This document shows, piece after piece, positions 8,945 to 18,657 of a stretch of DNA of 62,288 bases; the first letter of the stretch is position 1, and each line of letters begins with the position of its first letter. The notes under the pieces are model-generated. The model worked only from the letters and a program-made list of their open reading frames with translations, was not told the DNA's origin and did no database searches. Origin of the DNA: Spirochaetia bacterium (GTDB lineage: Bacteria; Spirochaetota; Spirochaetia; CADAEX01). Where the stretch lies: NCBI GenBank assembly GCA_017535435.1, contig JAFXTY010000029.1, forward strand, positions 1-62,288, read 5' to 3'. Made by a program: the position numbers and the translations under genes.

Positions 8945-10123
8945 TTATCCAATCAGTCTTACAGCGATAACTCCTTCTGCAGCTTTGAGCTTTGTGGTGA
9001 CTTCTGCCATAAGCTCGTCTGTAACTTCGCTGTCAATCTCGATGATGTTGTATGCATAGCCATTCTTGTTCTTGTTGATGAACTCGGCGATGTTGATCTT
9101 CTCCTCTGCCATGATAGCAGTAAGCTGACCGATTACGTTAGGGATATCCTTGTTGATTACGCAGATTCTCTTCCGGCCTGTGAAAGGCATGGAGCAGTTA
9201 GGGAAGTTCACGGAGTTCTTGATGTTTCCGAACTCCAGGTAATCCTTAAGCTGCTGTGCTGCCATTGCGGCGCAGTTATCCTCGGCCTCTTCTGTGGATG
9301 CTCCAAGGTGTGGAACGCAGATCACGTTTTTCATGCCGATAAGCTCGGCATCTGGGAAGTCTGTCATATAAGTTGCGATAGTGCCGTTCTCGATGGCAGC
9401 CTTCAGGTCCTCGTTCTTAACCAGTCCACCCCGGGCAAAGTTCAGCAGTACAGTTCCCTTCTTCATGATCTTGAACTTGTCTGCGTTGAACATTCCCTTT
9501 GTGCCGTCAGTCAGAGGAACATGGACTGTTATGTAGTCTGATTCTGCGATCAGGCTGTCCAGGCTGATGGCCTTCTTGATATCTCTGGAAAGTCCCCATG
9601 CTGCATCAACAGAGATGTATGGGTCGCTTCCGATAACCTTCATTCCCAGTGCAGATGCGCTGTTTGCAACCATTACACCAATGGCGCCCAGACCAATTAC
9701 ACCCAGGGTCTTGCCCTTGATCTCGTGGCCTACGAACTGACCTTTGCCTTTCTCCACCAGCTGCGGTACCTCGTCTCCCTTGTCAGCCAGTGTCTTGCAC
9801 CAGTCGATAGCTGCATTCATATTTCTGGATGCAACCATCATTGATGCGATAACCAGCTCCTTGACGCTGTTTGCATTTGCGCCAGGTGTGTTGATTACTA
9901 CAATACCTTTCTCGGTGCACTTGTCTATAGGAATATTGTTCACTCCGGCTCCTGCCCTTGCCACTGCAAGGAGGGATGCAGGAAGCTCCATATCGTGCAT
10001 CTTGAAGCTCCGCAGGATGATTCCGTCGGGATTTGTCATCTCGGAAGCGGTTTCATATTTGTCTCTCTCCAGCAGGGAAAGTCCTGCCAGGGAAATCTTG
10101 TTGAGGGTCTGAATCTTGAACAT
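8945..10123 (-). CDS. serA: D-3-phosphoglycerate dehydrogenase with C-terminal ACT domain
   Basis: ARAGAGVNNI, NTPGANANSVKE, GLGAIG, VPHLGASTEEAE and an ACT domain. Start MFKIQ at 10123. Confidence 0.93.
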   Translation of the reverse strand: MFKIQTLNKISLAGLSLLERDKYETASEMTNPDGIILRSFKMHDMELPASLLAVARAGAGVNNIPIDKCTEKGIVVINTPGANANSVKELVIASMMVASRNMNAAIDWCKTLADKGDEVPQLVEKGKGQFVGHEIKGKTLGVIGLGAIGVMVANSASALGMKVIGSDPYISVDAAWGLSRDIKKAISLDSLIAESDYITVHVPLTDGTKGMFNADKFKIMKKGTVLLNFARGGLVKNEDLKAAIENGTIATYMTDFPDAELIGMKNVICVPHLGASTEEAEDNCAAMAAQQLKDYLEFGNIKNSVNFPNCSMPFTGRKRICVINKDIPNVIGQLTAIMAEEKINIAEFINKNKNGYAYNIIEIDSEVTDELMAEVTTKLKAAEGVIAVRLIG

Positions 10124-10124
10124 A

Positions 10125-11216
10125 TCAGTTCTCCTTTGCGAATTTATCCATGAATTCAACCAGCTTCTTCACACCTTCCAGTGTCATTGCATTGTAGATG
10201 CTGGCTCTCATTCCGCCTACCAGTCTGTGTCCGCCAAGGTTTGCAAGCCCTGCAGCCGCAGCCTCTTTCACAAACTTCTTGTTGATGGCGTCTGCCTCTT
10301 CTCCTGTGTACTTGGTCAGGAAAGGTACGTTCATAAGGGATCTGCTTCCCTTTGCGGCTGTTGCGTGGTAGAAGTTGCTGTTGTCCAGGTAGTTGTACAG
10401 GTAGTCTGCCTTCTCCCTGTTCCGCTTTCCCATTCCCTCGGCTCCGCCGTTCTTCTCGATCCAGTTGAGCACTTTGCCTACAACATAGATTGCATAGCAA
10501 GGAGGTGTATTGTACATGCTCTCGCCGTCCACATGGGTCTTGTATGTAAGCATGGTAGGTGTTCCGGCCAGCGGTGTCTCGGTGATAAGGTCCTCTCTGA
10601 TGATGACAACTGTAACACCTGCAGGTCCCAGGTTCTTCTGTGCTCCGGCATAGAGCAGACCGAACTTTGTCACATCCAGAGGTTCGCTCAAGATGCAGGA
10701 AGAGATATCTGCCACCAGCGGAATGTCCCCTGTGTCTGGGATATACTCATAGTGGGTTCCCATGATTGTGTTGTTGAAGCAGATGTATACGTAATCGTAG
10801 TCGCCTGTAACCTTCTCAACTCTTGGGATATAGCTGAACCCCTTGTCCTCGGAAGAAGCGATCTCATCAACAGTGATGAACTTCTTTGCCTCTGCGGCAG
10901 CTTTCTTTGCCCATACTCCGGTTCTGATATATGCGGCTTTCTTTTGCTTGAGTCCCAGGTTCAGAGGGATCATTGCAAACTGTGTGGAACCGCCACCCTG
11001 GAGGAAGAGGATCTTATAGTTGTCTGGCACATTCATCAGCTTTCTTACTTTTGCCTCTGCTTCTGTGATAATAGGCTTGAATGCGGCGCTCCGGTGGCTC
11101 ATCTCCATTACAGACTGACCTGTTCCGTTGTAGTTGAGCATTTCTGCTGCACATTCCTTAAGCACTTCTTCTGGCAGGCAAGATGGACCTGCGGAAAAAT
11201 TGTAAACTCTATCCAT
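10125..11216 (-). CDS. serC: Phosphoserine aminotransferase
   Basis: VYNFSAGPS, MEMSHRS, LQGGGSTQF, YAGAQKNLGPAG, GHRLVGGMRASIYNA. Confidence 0.97.
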   Translation of the reverse strand: MDRVYNFSAGPSCLPEEVLKECAAEMLNYNGTGQSVMEMSHRSAAFKPIITEAEAKVRKLMNVPDNYKILFLQGGGSTQFAMIPLNLGLKQKKAAYIRTGVWAKKAAAEAKKFITVDEIASSEDKGFSYIPRVEKVTGDYDYVYICFNNTIMGTHYEYIPDTGDIPLVADISSCILSEPLDVTKFGLLYAGAQKNLGPAGVTVVIIREDLITETPLAGTPTMLTYKTHVDGESMYNTPPCYAIYVVGKVLNWIEKNGGAEGMGKRNREKADYLYNYLDNSNFYHATAAKGSRSLMNVPFLTKYTGEEADAINKKFVKEAAAAGLANLGGHRLVGGMRASIYNAMTLEGVKKLVEFMDKFAKEN

Positions 11217-11218
11217 TT

Positions 11219-11845
11219 TTAAACTCCTTTTTCCAAATCTGGTATCATTGCTGTCAGAAACCGTAACTCTTCTGCAAAATGGACATTCCTGACCGCTATA
11301 TCCTTATCCCCCAAGATAGCCGGGGAAAAGTTCAGAATTCCCTTTATGCCCCCCTCTTTCATCCGCTGCATCGTCATCTCGGCAGCCTGGGCAGGTACGG
11401 CAATTATTCCCAGGTCTATCCTCATCTCCCTTATCCTGTCTGCCATCTCATAGGCAGGGAACAGGGGAACATCCGACTTCATCACCTCTATTTTGTTGAT
11501 ATTGGTGTCAAAACCGGCCACTATTATGAACTGGCCACCTTCCTGCACGGGATTCTTTATGAAGGAAGAACCCAGAAGGCCTATTCCGGCCACACATACC
11601 CTCAGTGGGGCACCGAAGTTGAACAGGCCATTGATGAAGTCCAGAAGCTCCCCGGCCTTGTAGCCTGCATTTGAGCTTTTGACCTTGCCGGCCACGCTCA
11701 GATCCTTCCGGATGGTGTGGGCCGGTATATTCACCAGCTTGCCCAGCTTTGCGGAGGAAAGCACAGTCTCCCGGTCCATTCCCAGAAGCACCCTGTATAT
11801 CAAACAGAGCCTTGATACTGTCTGGACTGGCAACTGAAAACTCAC
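11219..11845 (-). CDS. rex: Redox-sensing transcriptional repressor Rex
   Basis: wHTH with RL..Y...SS..L......TIRKDLS...G...GY, Rossmann GIGLLG, IVAGFD and GIKGILNFSP. GTG start at 11845 with a GAGG RBS. Confidence 0.93.
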   Translation of the reverse strand: MSFQLPVQTVSRLCLIYRVLLGMDRETVLSSAKLGKLVNIPAHTIRKDLSVAGKVKSSNAGYKAGELLDFINGLFNFGAPLRVCVAGIGLLGSSFIKNPVQEGGQFIIVAGFDTNINKIEVMKSDVPLFPAYEMADRIREMRIDLGIIAVPAQAAEMTMQRMKEGGIKGILNFSPAILGDKDIAVRNVHFAEELRFLTAMIPDLEKGV

Positions 11846-11858
11846 CTTCAAACCTCGG

Positions 11859-11876
11859 TTGTGAAATTTTTCACAA
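11859..11876. promoter_or_regulatory. Rex operator (ROP)
   Basis: TTGTGAA-ATTT-TTCACAA, an exact match to the Rex consensus TTGTGAA-W4-TTCACAA, 13 nt upstream of the rex start codon. Confidence 0.88.
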
Positions 11877-11965
11877 GTAATAATATATTGATTTCCAGCC
11901 CCTGTGTCAATATGTTTTGAAAGAAATCTTAACATTCTTTGAAAATATGTGTTATAGTAGGGGTG

Positions 11966-13129
11966 ATGAAGCGGTTTATCCCACTTGCATTCCTTTTATT
12001 ATTACTCACCAGCCTAATTTATGCCGATGAAAGCCAGGCTAAGAACTACATGATCTCTGTGCGGCTCAAGGAAGGGCACGACAAGGTTCGCATCGATTTC
12101 ACTGCTCCAGATAAGCACAGGATATATACCTACCGGGATCTGAAGAATGATATCGTGACTTTCTACACCTCATCAATCGGATTTATCCCTTCAGATATCA
12201 CAGTGCAGCAGTTCGATACAGGCATGGATATGATAGAATCCATAGACAGGAAGGAGATCGTCCTGGATGGAAAGCCTTCTTTGGAACCGCTTCCTGCCGA
12301 TTTCAAGCAGATTCTTGAGAATGATCCGGCCCAGTGGCGCTATTCCGACTGGGAAGTCTATAGATGGGAAAGTTTCCCTGGAATTTTAATAATAGACTTT
12401 CAAAACTATAATATTCAGAGCCATATGCTCAAGCGGCTCTCCTATTTTGTGGAGAAGAGGGGCTACACCGGGAAGATTCACAGTTTCCTCCGCCTCTCAG
12501 GAAAGTCAGACTGGAATGCCCACAACTACAAGGCAAAGGATCTGGCTGCCTTCTTCACCGAGGCACAGCGTAGCAATGCGCTCCTTACATCTTCTGAGTC
12601 ATATCTGATGGAGCTTCTTCTGGCCAACGGCATAATAGAGAGGGGCGAGGCTGGTTATACAGGCGGCGAGGATAAGGGAATAGTGTCTGTATCTCAGGAG
12701 AGCGCTCCCCATGTCCGGTCCCTGCTTCTTACCCACGAGGGGTATCATGGCCTTTTCTATGCGGCGCCGGGGCTCAAGGAGCTGGTGTATGACCTGTGGG
12801 ATAAGCTGGCACCCGAGGCTCAGGAGATGTGGGTTGAGTACCTGCGTACCGCAGATGCCTGGAACTATGATTACAGGAATGGATATCTCCTGCGGAACGA
12901 GATGCTGGGTTATATGATGCAGCAGAAGGATTTTGCCGAGTATTTTGACAACATGATGTTCCCCCGGCTTTTAAAGCGGATTCCCGACAAGGCGGAGCAC
13001 TTCCAGGGGATCCGGGATGCTGCAAGGCAGGCATTCCTGGACACAGCTTTGAAAATAGCGGTATTCCTTCAGAACAACTATAATCTTTCCCCAGGGAACC
13101 TTTCCTACATGCGGGAAGTGCGTCCGTAA
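11966..13129 (+). CDS. Secreted hypothetical protein with HExxH zincin motif
   Basis: Signal peptide MKRFIPLAFLLLLLTSLIYA; LLTHEGYHGLF motif; downstream NEM glutamate. Confidence 0.65.
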   Translation: MKRFIPLAFLLLLLTSLIYADESQAKNYMISVRLKEGHDKVRIDFTAPDKHRIYTYRDLKNDIVTFYTSSIGFIPSDITVQQFDTGMDMIESIDRKEIVLDGKPSLEPLPADFKQILENDPAQWRYSDWEVYRWESFPGILIIDFQNYNIQSHMLKRLSYFVEKRGYTGKIHSFLRLSGKSDWNAHNYKAKDLAAFFTEAQRSNALLTSSESYLMELLLANGIIERGEAGYTGGEDKGIVSVSQESAPHVRSLLLTHEGYHGLFYAAPGLKELVYDLWDKLAPEAQEMWVEYLRTADAWNYDYRNGYLLRNEMLGYMMQQKDFAEYFDNMMFPRLLKRIPDKAEHFQGIRDAARQAFLDTALKIAVFLQNNYNLSPGNLSYMREVRP

Positions 13130-13761
13130 CTGCAAATATCTTTAAGCAGACATTTATCACACTCAGGCTTCCGGGCATGGCAGCACTCCCTTCCATGGAG
13201 GTTGGCAGTCATGGAGAACCGGTACTGTTTCTCCTGGGGCAGTATTTTCCTTATGTCGGCCTCCACTTTGTCCGGCTCTGTGTTCTTGGTCAGCCCAAGG
13301 CGGTAAGTGACCCGCTTGAAGTGGGTGTCCACAATGACAGCAGGCTTGTCGAATACAGTGCCTACCACCACATTGGCAGTCTTGCGGCCGACACCGGGCA
13401 GCTTGACCAGCTCTTCTATACTGTTGGGGACAACCCCGCCGTAAAGCTCCAGGAGCTTCTGGGATGTGGCCTTTATATTCTTTGCTTTGGCATGGAAGAA
13501 GCCGGTGGCATGGATCAGCTTCTCCAGAACCGGGATGTCGGCCTTTGCCATCGCTTCCGGGGTAGGGAATTTGGCAAACAGGGCGGGAACAACCCGCATC
13601 ACCTGCTCATCGGTGGTCTGGGCGCTGAGTATCACGGCGATTAGAAGCTCAAAGTTGTTGCGGAAGTGGAGAAACTGTATCTCCGGAGGATAGTGGGCAT
13701 CTAAAATATCTGCAATCTGCACAGCTTTTGCTTTGATAGTCATATGAAAATAAAATATCAT
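13105..13761 (-). CDS. nth: Endonuclease III
   Basis: ILSAQTTD, HhH motif LPGVGRKTANVV, VDTH and 4Fe-4S motif C-x6-C-x2-C-x5-C. Confidence 0.96.
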   Translation of the reverse strand: MIFYFHMTIKAKAVQIADILDAHYPPEIQFLHFRNNFELLIAVILSAQTTDEQVMRVVPALFAKFPTPEAMAKADIPVLEKLIHATGFFHAKAKNIKATSQKLLELYGGVVPNSIEELVKLPGVGRKTANVVVGTVFDKPAVIVDTHFKRVTYRLGLTKNTEPDKVEADIRKILPQEKQYRFSMTANLHGRECCHARKPECDKCLLKDICSYGRTSRM

Positions 13762-13768
13762 TTATATC

Positions 13769-13797
13769 TTGACCGTGTAAAGGTAAATCTTTATACT
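13769..13797 (+). promoter_or_regulatory. Sigma70 promoter of tRNA-Pro
   Basis: TTGACC, 17-nt spacer, TATACT; 11 nt before the tRNA. Confidence 0.7.
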
Positions 13798-13808
13798 AGG
13801 CTTTGTAT

Positions 13809-13881
13809 CGGAATGTGGCCCAGTGGCTAGGGCACCTGGTTTGGGACCAGGGTATCGTGAGTTCGAGTCTCACCATTCCGA
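13809..13881 (+). tRNA. tRNA-Pro(UGG)
   Basis: Cloverleaf CGGAATG...CATTCCG-A; anticodon arm CCTGG-TTTGGGA-CCAGG; GTTCGAGTC T-loop. Confidence 0.96.
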
Positions 13882-13981
13882 TATTTTTTTTGCCCGCAAC
13901 AAATTACAAAAAACTTTCAAAAAATCAAAAAAAATTTTCAAAAAGTCAAATCAAAAATAACTTTTTTGCAGTTACTTAGGC

Positions 13982-14572
13982 ATGAAGTGGATAAAAATCT
14001 TTTTGCTTGCAGTTCTGCTGATCTCTTGTGGCAATGCTCAGAATGGCCAAAATTATCAAGCCTTCAGTGTTGCCAAGGACCTTTTTCTCCAGGGGAATTC
14101 CCAAGGTGCTCTGGAAAAGCTGGAGACCCTTGAGAAACAGAACCCGTCGTATCTTCTTCCTTTTAATCTGGATGGAAGAATAAGTCTTTTCACTGGCCAG
14201 TATGAAAGGGCAGAAAAGAGGCTTAATCATGTCCTGAAACGCAGTCCTTTGGATTTTGATGCCCTGCGCTGGATGGCCAACCTTTATCTTCTTACAGAGC
14301 GATATGAAGAGGCAGAGAAGCTGGTCTCCATAGCCCTTGAGAATTATGTGGAGGAGCCTCGGCTGCTGCTTCTTCTTGCTGCCAGCTTTAAGGAGCAGGG
14401 AAAGGTTAAGGAGGCTGTGGTTGCATATCACAGGGCGTACTTGTTCGAGGTTGAACTTGCCTATGCCCATTATGAGATGGCTCAGCTTTATTCCCAGTTT
14501 GGCCTGGAAAAGGAATGCAAGGAGCAGCTGGAACGTGCTTCGGCTCTTTCTGAGAGGAGGTTCAATGAATAG
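13982..14572 (+). CDS. TPR-repeat lipoprotein
   Basis: Lipobox LLISC followed by tandem TPR-like helical repeats. Confidence 0.8.
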   Translation: MKWIKIFLLAVLLISCGNAQNGQNYQAFSVAKDLFLQGNSQGALEKLETLEKQNPSYLLPFNLDGRISLFTGQYERAEKRLNHVLKRSPLDFDALRWMANLYLLTERYEEAEKLVSIALENYVEEPRLLLLLAASFKEQGKVKEAVVAYHRAYLFEVELAYAHYEMAQLYSQFGLEKECKEQLERASALSERRFNE

Positions 14573-15950
14573 ATGGATTATTTTCTTATATTTTTTTATT
14601 TCACTCTCTCTTCCTGTTCCAGCCTTTGAACCATTCACTCTCAGCAAAGCAATTGCAAAGGGCCTTGATAACAATCTCAGTCTTGAATTTGCGAAGCAGG
14701 AGAACCGTATAGGAATAAAAAATATGCGGATGAAGTATAGAAAATTCTTCCCCAATTTGAATGTAGGCTACTCAGCCACCGATACAGTCACTTACTATGC
14801 AGACGACAGCCATTCCAGACAGTTGAGCGCAACCTTGACCCAGCTTATTTATGACAGAGGAGTGCTTCATTCTTCCATACATCTTGAAAAGGAACGGCTT
14901 GCTCTTGAGGCTCATCAGAACAATCTTAACCGTACATTCTTTATCTTCTCGGTGATAGACGGTTATAAGAATGTGCTTGAGCTTGCAAAGGAACTGGAGA
15001 TATCAAGACAGGCGCGAAATGCAGTATCCAAGCAGGTTGAGATAGGACATCTGGAGAGAAATCTTGGAGAGATAACCCAGTTCGATTTTCTGGAACTTGA
15101 GCTGGCATTGGCAGATATGGATATACAGATAACACAGATATCTCAGAAGCTGGATGAGGCAAAATCGGCTTTTGCATCAGTTATGAATATGCATTCCAAC
15201 GATGTTCCTGTACTGGCGGGGGAATTGAACTATCTCTATGGCGGCTTTGTGACTGAGAGCAGTGATTATTACGTTTCTCAAGCCATGAAAAACAGTCTTG
15301 TTCTGCAGGAGATTGAGTTTGCAGAGCATAAGGCTCATGCCGATTATGCTCTTCTGAAGAAAAAGTATGTTCCAGATATCTCTCTTTCATGCACAGCATC
15401 AGTTTCGGGGGAATCTTATCCACTTACAGAAAAAAGCTTCTCTATATTTCTTAACCTGGATTTCGATACACCTGCACTTCCTGCCTCTATAAGTGCAGGA
15501 ATCGGTAAAAATTCTGATGAGCAGCGATATAGGAAAGTTACGGCAGATGCTGATGTGATGGGAAATTCAGAATCGCTATACTCCAGCCAGAATGGAAAGG
15601 TGGCAATGGAGCGGACCAAGTGGAATCTTGAGAAGTACAAAAGGGAATGCAGGGAGGAGATTGAGGGGCAGCATAAGGCGATTCTTGTGCTCAAGGAGAA
15701 TCTTGAGGCCGCACGGCGGCGGATTGAGCTTGAGCAGAAGAAGGTGGAGATAGAAGAACTCAAAGTTCAGCTGGGAGAGGAGAAGCGGATTGATTATGTG
15801 GAAAGCCAGATAGCGCTGGCACAGAACAGAATAAAAGTTTTCCAGACTATCTCCCGCCTCTATTCCATGGAGATTGCATTTATGAATCTTTGCGGCATCG
15901 GAGAACCTGCTTCCTCAGGCAAATACCTTATCGTAGGGAGCGGCTTATGA
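14565..15950 (+). CDS. TolC-family outer membrane channel
   Basis: Signal peptide; AIAKGLDNN, ...FFPNLN, LTQLIYDRG and two repeated OEP halves; GEITQFDFLE. Start ATG 14565 after GAGGAGG. Confidence 0.8.
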   Translation: MNRWIIFLYFFISLSLPVPAFEPFTLSKAIAKGLDNNLSLEFAKQENRIGIKNMRMKYRKFFPNLNVGYSATDTVTYYADDSHSRQLSATLTQLIYDRGVLHSSIHLEKERLALEAHQNNLNRTFFIFSVIDGYKNVLELAKELEISRQARNAVSKQVEIGHLERNLGEITQFDFLELELALADMDIQITQISQKLDEAKSAFASVMNMHSNDVPVLAGELNYLYGGFVTESSDYYVSQAMKNSLVLQEIEFAEHKAHADYALLKKKYVPDISLSCTASVSGESYPLTEKSFSIFLNLDFDTPALPASISAGIGKNSDEQRYRKVTADADVMGNSESLYSSQNGKVAMERTKWNLEKYKRECREEIEGQHKAILVLKENLEAARRRIELEQKKVEIEELKVQLGEEKRIDYVESQIALAQNRIKVFQTISRLYSMEIAFMNLCGIGEPASSGKYLIVGSGL

Positions 15951-17284
15951 GAAATCTATTCTTTTTTTTCCTGCTTATAGCTCTTTTCTCCTTGGCTTTA
16001 TTCTGCTGCCGTAAACCAGAGGAGAAGATTGAGAAGGCTGTTGAAATAAATACTGCAGTTGCTGGCAGAGAGATGGCTGCTCCTGTAATATCGGCATTTG
16101 GGTCCATTGTCTACAAAGCTAAGGCCGATGTCTATCCTACCTCCATTTCCAACGTGAAGGCATTATTTGTAGATAAAGGGATGAATGTAAGCAAAGGCGA
16201 CATTCTGGCATTGCTGGATGATGTGAAGCTCCAAGTGCAGCTGCGGCAGTCTGAGTCTGATGTACAGTCCAAGAAAGCCCTGGTTGCTTTGGCAAAAGCA
16301 CAGTTTGACGAGGGGTGCCAGAATGCGCGAAAAACTATCCTTTCTATAGACCGGATTCAATGTGCAGTGGATCAGAAGCAGAAAGAGTACGACAATCTTA
16401 AGCGCATCTATAACAACAAACTGAAGCTTCATATCATAGGGGGGCTTTCTGACGAAGAACTCCAGTCAATTAAGATGAATATGGACTCGGCAGGCAGTGC
16501 TTTAGAACAGGCACTTCTTGAACTCAGGACTGCCAGGGTGGGTTTTTCTGATAAGGATATATATGGTGCTGGATATGAGATTCCTGAGGATAAAAAAGAG
16601 TACGAAGATCTTCTGATTCAGATCAATACTGCCACCTTGAAGGCTCAGCTGGAAGCGGCCAGGGCTGAACTGGAAGCGGCCCAGTCCCAGATGGAGAATA
16701 TCAAGCTATACCTGGAAGAGACAAAAATAAAGTCTCCGATTGACGGTATTGTTGCGGAACGGTATGTGGACATAGGTGAGAAGGCAGATACTGAGACCAG
16801 GCTTTTTACCTTATTTTCAACCGAATCGGTATATGTATCTGTGACCGTGAATGCCCAGCGTTGCAATGAGATTTCTGAAGGATGCACTGCAACTGTTCGC
16901 CTGGGGTCTGCAGTTCACAACGGTGTTGTAGAACAAGTTGCCCCTTATGCAGATACAAAAACTGGTGGTAGAACATTGAAGATTGAAGTGGATAACAAGG
17001 ACAAGTCCCTTATTCCCGGCCTTTTTGCAGATGTCTTGATCACCATTGGAGAAAAACAACTCCGTCTTTCTGTACCCAAGGAGGCAGTACTGCACAAGCA
17101 GGATGATTATAGTGATGCATCCCTTTTTCTTATACGGGATGGTCATGCTTTCCTGCAGAACGTGACAGTGGATTTTATCACTGATTCAAAAGTCTTCCTG
17201 AAGGAAGGACTCAAAGATGGGGATGTGGTTGCAGTATCCCGTCTGGGACTCCTCTCTGACGGATGTGAAGTGGAGGTAAGATGA
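15947..17284 (+). CDS. RND periplasmic adaptor (membrane fusion protein) with long alpha-hairpin
   Basis: Lipoyl halves V.KGDILALLD and IKSPIDGIV...V..GE; LIPGLFADV, LSVPKEAV and GLKDGDVV; ~160-aa coiled coil. Confidence 0.88.
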   Translation: MRNLFFFFLLIALFSLALFCCRKPEEKIEKAVEINTAVAGREMAAPVISAFGSIVYKAKADVYPTSISNVKALFVDKGMNVSKGDILALLDDVKLQVQLRQSESDVQSKKALVALAKAQFDEGCQNARKTILSIDRIQCAVDQKQKEYDNLKRIYNNKLKLHIIGGLSDEELQSIKMNMDSAGSALEQALLELRTARVGFSDKDIYGAGYEIPEDKKEYEDLLIQINTATLKAQLEAARAELEAAQSQMENIKLYLEETKIKSPIDGIVAERYVDIGEKADTETRLFTLFSTESVYVSVTVNAQRCNEISEGCTATVRLGSAVHNGVVEQVAPYADTKTGGRTLKIEVDNKDKSLIPGLFADVLITIGEKQLRLSVPKEAVLHKQDDYSDASLFLIRDGHAFLQNVTVDFITDSKVFLKEGLKDGDVVAVSRLGLLSDGCEVEVR

Positions 17285-18657
17285 GAAATATTATTTGCAT
17301 TATCATATGTTTGATATGTCTCTCCTGTGGGATTATCGATTTTTCCCCTTCTGAATCCATAAAGGTTAACCCGTCAAAATACAATCAGATCATAGGAGAA
17401 AATGAAGATATTTATATCAAATATGGTTTCTCGCCAGATCATGTCTCTGCCCAGTCAGCCTTCGAGCTTCAGGATGCTGACGGCAGAGTAGGTGGTTCTT
17501 TTAAGTGGAAAGACAATACCATGGTGTTTGTTCCTTTGGAGCACCTTGAACCAGCCCGGAGATATTTGCTCAAATATGCAGGCGAGGTTTCTGATAAATC
17601 AGGGAAGGTGCATAAGTACAATATTTATACTCCTTTCTTCTATATGATAAAACAGGCTGATAAACCTGATATCACCAGAATGAATCCTGCCGATGGCAGT
17701 ACTATACAGGCCTTTGATAAAATAGTTTTCTCTTTTTCGGAGCCTATGTCCCTTCCTTCCTTTCTTAGGGGTTTGACTGTCGCTCCTGATACTGAATATT
17801 CAGATGAATGGAATGGGGATCATACCCAGCTGATCTTGACACCAAGATCTGGTTGGAAAGAACATCAGGTATACAGTTTTTCTTTTGCAGGTTCGATAAC
17901 ATCAGCCGAAGGAATTCCTATTGCCGAACCAAAGACCTTCTATCTGTATTCCAGCACCGGTGCTGCTCTGCCATCTGTAATATCAATTGATACGGCATTG
18001 AATGACGGTCTTTCATATCCTCTGCTCCTGTCTGGTCTGGAAGGGGTAAAAAGTAAAGATGCTATAAGAATAACTTTCTCTGTACCGATGGATGCTGATG
18101 CCACAGAAGACGCTTTTTCCATCACTCCAGATATCCTTGGCCATACCTGCTGGCTTGATGACAGCACCTTGGTATTTGTTCCAGAAACAGAGTGGCAGGG
18201 CGAAACTTCATATTCGGTATCAGTAGGTACATCTGCCAGGAGTAGAAAAGGGCTCTGTCTCTCAGATCAGTTTGAGATCAGTTTTACTCCGGATGTTACA
18301 CCTCTTAAGCTTCTTTATATAGAAGGTAAGGCTGCCGATGGATTCCCCATCTCAGTTTTTAATCCTCATCAGGAGGTTGATATTGATGTTGGTGATGCTC
18401 TCTTGCCGGAAAACACTTATATCTTTGGCTTTGTATTCAACCATACATTTACGACATCAGAGGAAAAGGAACATATTTATTCAGGCATAAAGCTTAAAGG
18501 AATTTTCCCGCCATCACTTTCTTCTCCGAAGGTCATGTCTCTTTTCTGGTCTGGGGACAGTAAGATTCAGGTCACTTATACAGGTTTTGAACCAGAGGGT
18601 CGCATTTATTCATTGGATGTGAACGGTCTTGAGAAAATAACCTTGAGGACGCGATGA
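17281..18657 (+). CDS. Lipoprotein with tandem bacterial Ig-like (SbsA/Big_5-type) domains
   Basis: Lipobox LSC; repeated units with P.DG, I.F.FS.PM, W......L.F.P and Y...... Confidence 0.72.
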   Translation: MRNIICIIICLICLSCGIIDFSPSESIKVNPSKYNQIIGENEDIYIKYGFSPDHVSAQSAFELQDADGRVGGSFKWKDNTMVFVPLEHLEPARRYLLKYAGEVSDKSGKVHKYNIYTPFFYMIKQADKPDITRMNPADGSTIQAFDKIVFSFSEPMSLPSFLRGLTVAPDTEYSDEWNGDHTQLILTPRSGWKEHQVYSFSFAGSITSAEGIPIAEPKTFYLYSSTGAALPSVISIDTALNDGLSYPLLLSGLEGVKSKDAIRITFSVPMDADATEDAFSITPDILGHTCWLDDSTLVFVPETEWQGETSYSVSVGTSARSRKGLCLSDQFEISFTPDVTPLKLLYIEGKAADGFPISVFNPHQEVDIDVGDALLPENTYIFGFVFNHTFTTSEEKEHIYSGIKLKGIFPPSLSSPKVMSLFWSGDSKIQVTYTGFEPEGRIYSLDVNGLEKITLRTR

